Below, piece after piece: positions 32,840-35,158 of a stretch of DNA of 35,158 nucleotides. Position numbers and translations under genes: made by a program. The notes under the pieces were generated by a model. It saw only the letters and a list, made by a program, of their open reading frames with translations, searched no databases and was not told the origin of the DNA. Where the stretch lies: positions 1 through 35,158 of the forward strand of contig JAXLNO010000435.1 of NCBI GenBank assembly GCA_038087875.1. Direction: 5' to 3'. Position 1 is the stretch's first letter; each line of letters begins with the position of its first letter. This stretch comes from Malacoraja senta. Lineage: Eukaryota.

Positions 32840-34035
32840 AGTGGATTAACCTATGATGAGCGTTTGACGGCACTGGGCCTGTACTCGCTGGAGTTTAGAA
32901 GGATGAGGGGGGGGGACCTCATTGAAACTTACCGAATAGTGAAAGGCCTTGGATAGAGTGGATGTGGAGAGGATGTTTCCACTGGTGGGAGAGTCTAGGA
33001 CCAGAGGGCACAGCCTCAGAATTAAAGGGCGTACCTTTTGAAAGATGAGGAGGAATTTCTTTAGTCAGAGGGTGGTAAATCTGTGGAATTCGTTTGCCAC
33101 AGAAGGCTGTGGAGGCCAAGTCAGTGGATATTTTTAAGGTGGAGATTGACAGATTCTTGATTAGTGCGGGTGCCAGGGGTTATGAGGAGAAGGCAGGAGA
33201 ATGGGGTTGAGAGGGAAAGATCGATCAGCCATGATTGAAAGGCGGAGTAGACTTGGGCCAAATTGACCTAATTCTGCTCATGTCATGAACTTATGAAGGG
33301 AGGTGAGGGGGAAGAGGTGGGGACAGGAGCTGGCAAGTGATGGGTGGACGACAGACGCAAAAAGCTGGAGTAACTCGGGGTCAGGCGGCATCTCTGGAGA
33401 GAAGGAATGGGTTACTTTTCTGAAGTCTGAGGCAGAAGGGTCTCGACCCGTAACGTCACCCATTCCTTCTCTCCAGAGATGCTGCCTGACCCGCTGAGTT
33501 ACTCCAGCTTTTGGTGAATATCTTCGGTTTCAACCAGCATCTGCAGTTCCTTCTTTCACAAGTGATGGGTGAATACAAATTGGTCCCCTTATTTGATGAA
33601 GGCCATTCTTGCTATTGAGGGAGTGCAGCGTAGATTTACAAGGTTAATTCCCGGGATGGCGGACTGTCATATGCTGAGAGAATGGAGCGGCTGGGCTTGT
33701 ACACTCTGGAATTTAGAAGGATAAGAGGGGATCTTATTGAAACATATAAGATTGTTAAGGGTTTGGACACGCTAGAGGCAGGAATCATGTTCCCAATGTT
33801 GGGGGAGTCCAGAACCAGGGGCCACACAGTTTAAGAATACACGGTAAGCCATTTAGAACGGAGACGAGGAAACACTTTTTCACACAGAGAGTTGTGAGTC
33901 CGTGGAATTCTCTGCCTCAGAGGGCGGTGGAGGCCGGTTCTCTGGATACTTTCAAGAGAGAGCTAGATAGGGCTCTTAAGGATAGCGGAGTCAGGGGATA
34001 TGGGGAGAAGGCAGGAACGGGGTACTGATTGGGGA
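32840..34035 (+). mobile_element. CR1 3' fragments (32840-33295, 33580-34035) flanking a palindromic Penelope pLTR unit (33350-33560)
   Basis: ctgggcctgtactcgctggagtttagaagg...; cttgctattgagggagtgcagcg...; inverted aagctggagtaactc arms. Confidence 0.85.
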
Positions 34036-34044
34036 TTTGAACCT

Positions 34045-34419
34045 CTGTGAGAGAGAGAAAAAGAGGGTGAGAGAGAGAGAGAGAGAGAGTGAGAGAAAGA
34101 GAGAGAAACAAAGAACCATAGAAAGAGAGAAAAAGAGATAGAGAAAAAGAGGGAGAAACAGAGAGAGAGAGAGAAAGAGGGGGGGGACAGAGAGAGAGAG
34201 ATCAGATATCTGTCAGAGGGATTGGGAGAATCCACACTGTAGCCATCTCCCTGAGATAGAAAGAGAGAGAAAAAAAGTGAGTGGGATAGAACGAGTGAAT
34301 GAGAGAGCAAAAGAGAGAAAAACACCGAATCAGAGAGAGCAAACGAGAAAGTGAGTTAGAGAAAGAGAGAAAAAGACAAAGAGTGATCAGTTATCTAACA
34401 GAGGACATGAGAGATAGAA

Positions 34420-34479
<60 letters not shown>

Positions 34480-34720
34480 TCTCTGTCTGAGAGGGTTTGA
34501 GAGAATAGTCACTATACAGATATCTTCCTGAGAGATAGAAGGATAGAGAGAGACAGAGAGAGAGTGAAAGAGCAAGTGAAAAAGATACAGATAGAAAGAG
34601 CATTCAGAAATCTGCCTTAGAGAATGAGAGATTAGGAGAATAACGTCACCACACAGATATCCTGAGAAATGGAATGAAAGAGAGAGAGAGGTAAAGAAGA
34701 AGACAAAAACAGAGAGCGTG
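34045..34720 (+). repeat. (GA)n-rich tract with interspersed degenerate motif
   Basis: Direct inspection; pure (GA)n at about 34423-34475. Confidence 0.9.
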
Positions 34721-35077
34721 GAAGAAATTAATTTAGAGGGAAATGAATGGAAAATGAAGAGTTTGCAGATTTGCTTTGAGATTTGATTGCGTGATATCAT
34801 GGAGTGATGGCAGCAGTAAAACTGCTCACCAGATCCCTGACTTCACAGCAGGATTAGCCGACAGTTATACTGCGCTGTAAACAACTTTTGTTTACTTTCG
34901 CTGCATAATATTCTGCGAAAAATATTCTATCCCCCACATGGGTACCAATTATTTCATTAGTCATAACATACTTTTCGCTTACGTTAATCTTATTCAACAG
35001 CAGATGATTAATACAATTCAAACACAACACAACGGCATCTTGACATTATTCCAAGGCTGCATCGTGTCTAGGCTACT

Positions 35078-35093
35078 CGCAGTAGGGGGCGCA
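35078..35093 (+). promoter_or_regulatory. CTCF-like motif
   Basis: CGCAGTAGGGGGCGCA in non-repetitive sequence. Confidence 0.35.
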
Positions 35094-35158
35094 AGTGATC
35101 CACTGTGACTCTTTACAGAAATGGGAACAAGCTTCCTTACCAGTTGTAGATAATTGAC

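Noticed and set aside
34849..34880. Possible terminal exon 6 after cttcacag/cag
   Set aside because: Weak pyrimidine tract and no recognisable homology; exon 6 may lie outside the window, or exon 5 may run on to TAG at 31023.

Overview
Repeat-dense vertebrate genomic DNA. The mix of HE1-type V-SINEs, HER1/CR1 LINEs, Rex1/Babar-type LINEs and Penelope elements points to a cartilaginous fish, probably a skate or ray (inference). Most ORFs in the track are TE fragments or microsatellite read-through. Hidden among them on the + strand is a five-exon, intron-containing paralogue of protein phosphatase-1 inhibitor-2 (PPP1R2-like), with exons at 9505-9587, 14678-14785, 18799-18867, 26136-26239 and 30902-31017. 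It has canonical GT-AG sites and a promoter with two CRE sites, an AP-1 site and GC boxes. As sequenced it carries two disabling lesions: an in-frame TAA in exon 2 and a 1-nt frameshift in exon 5. It is therefore either a recent unprocessed pseudogene or null allele, or contains assembly errors. Other notable items: short Penelope-derived units with a hammerhead-ribozyme-like core and their own target-site duplications; three Harbinger-like MITEs; a degenerate higher-order tandem array upstream of the promoter; an RFX X-box-bearing CpG patch in intron 3; a perfect CR1-derived hairpin; and microsatellite expansions at the same site in two SINE copies. TE boundaries are approximate unless a TSD is quoted.
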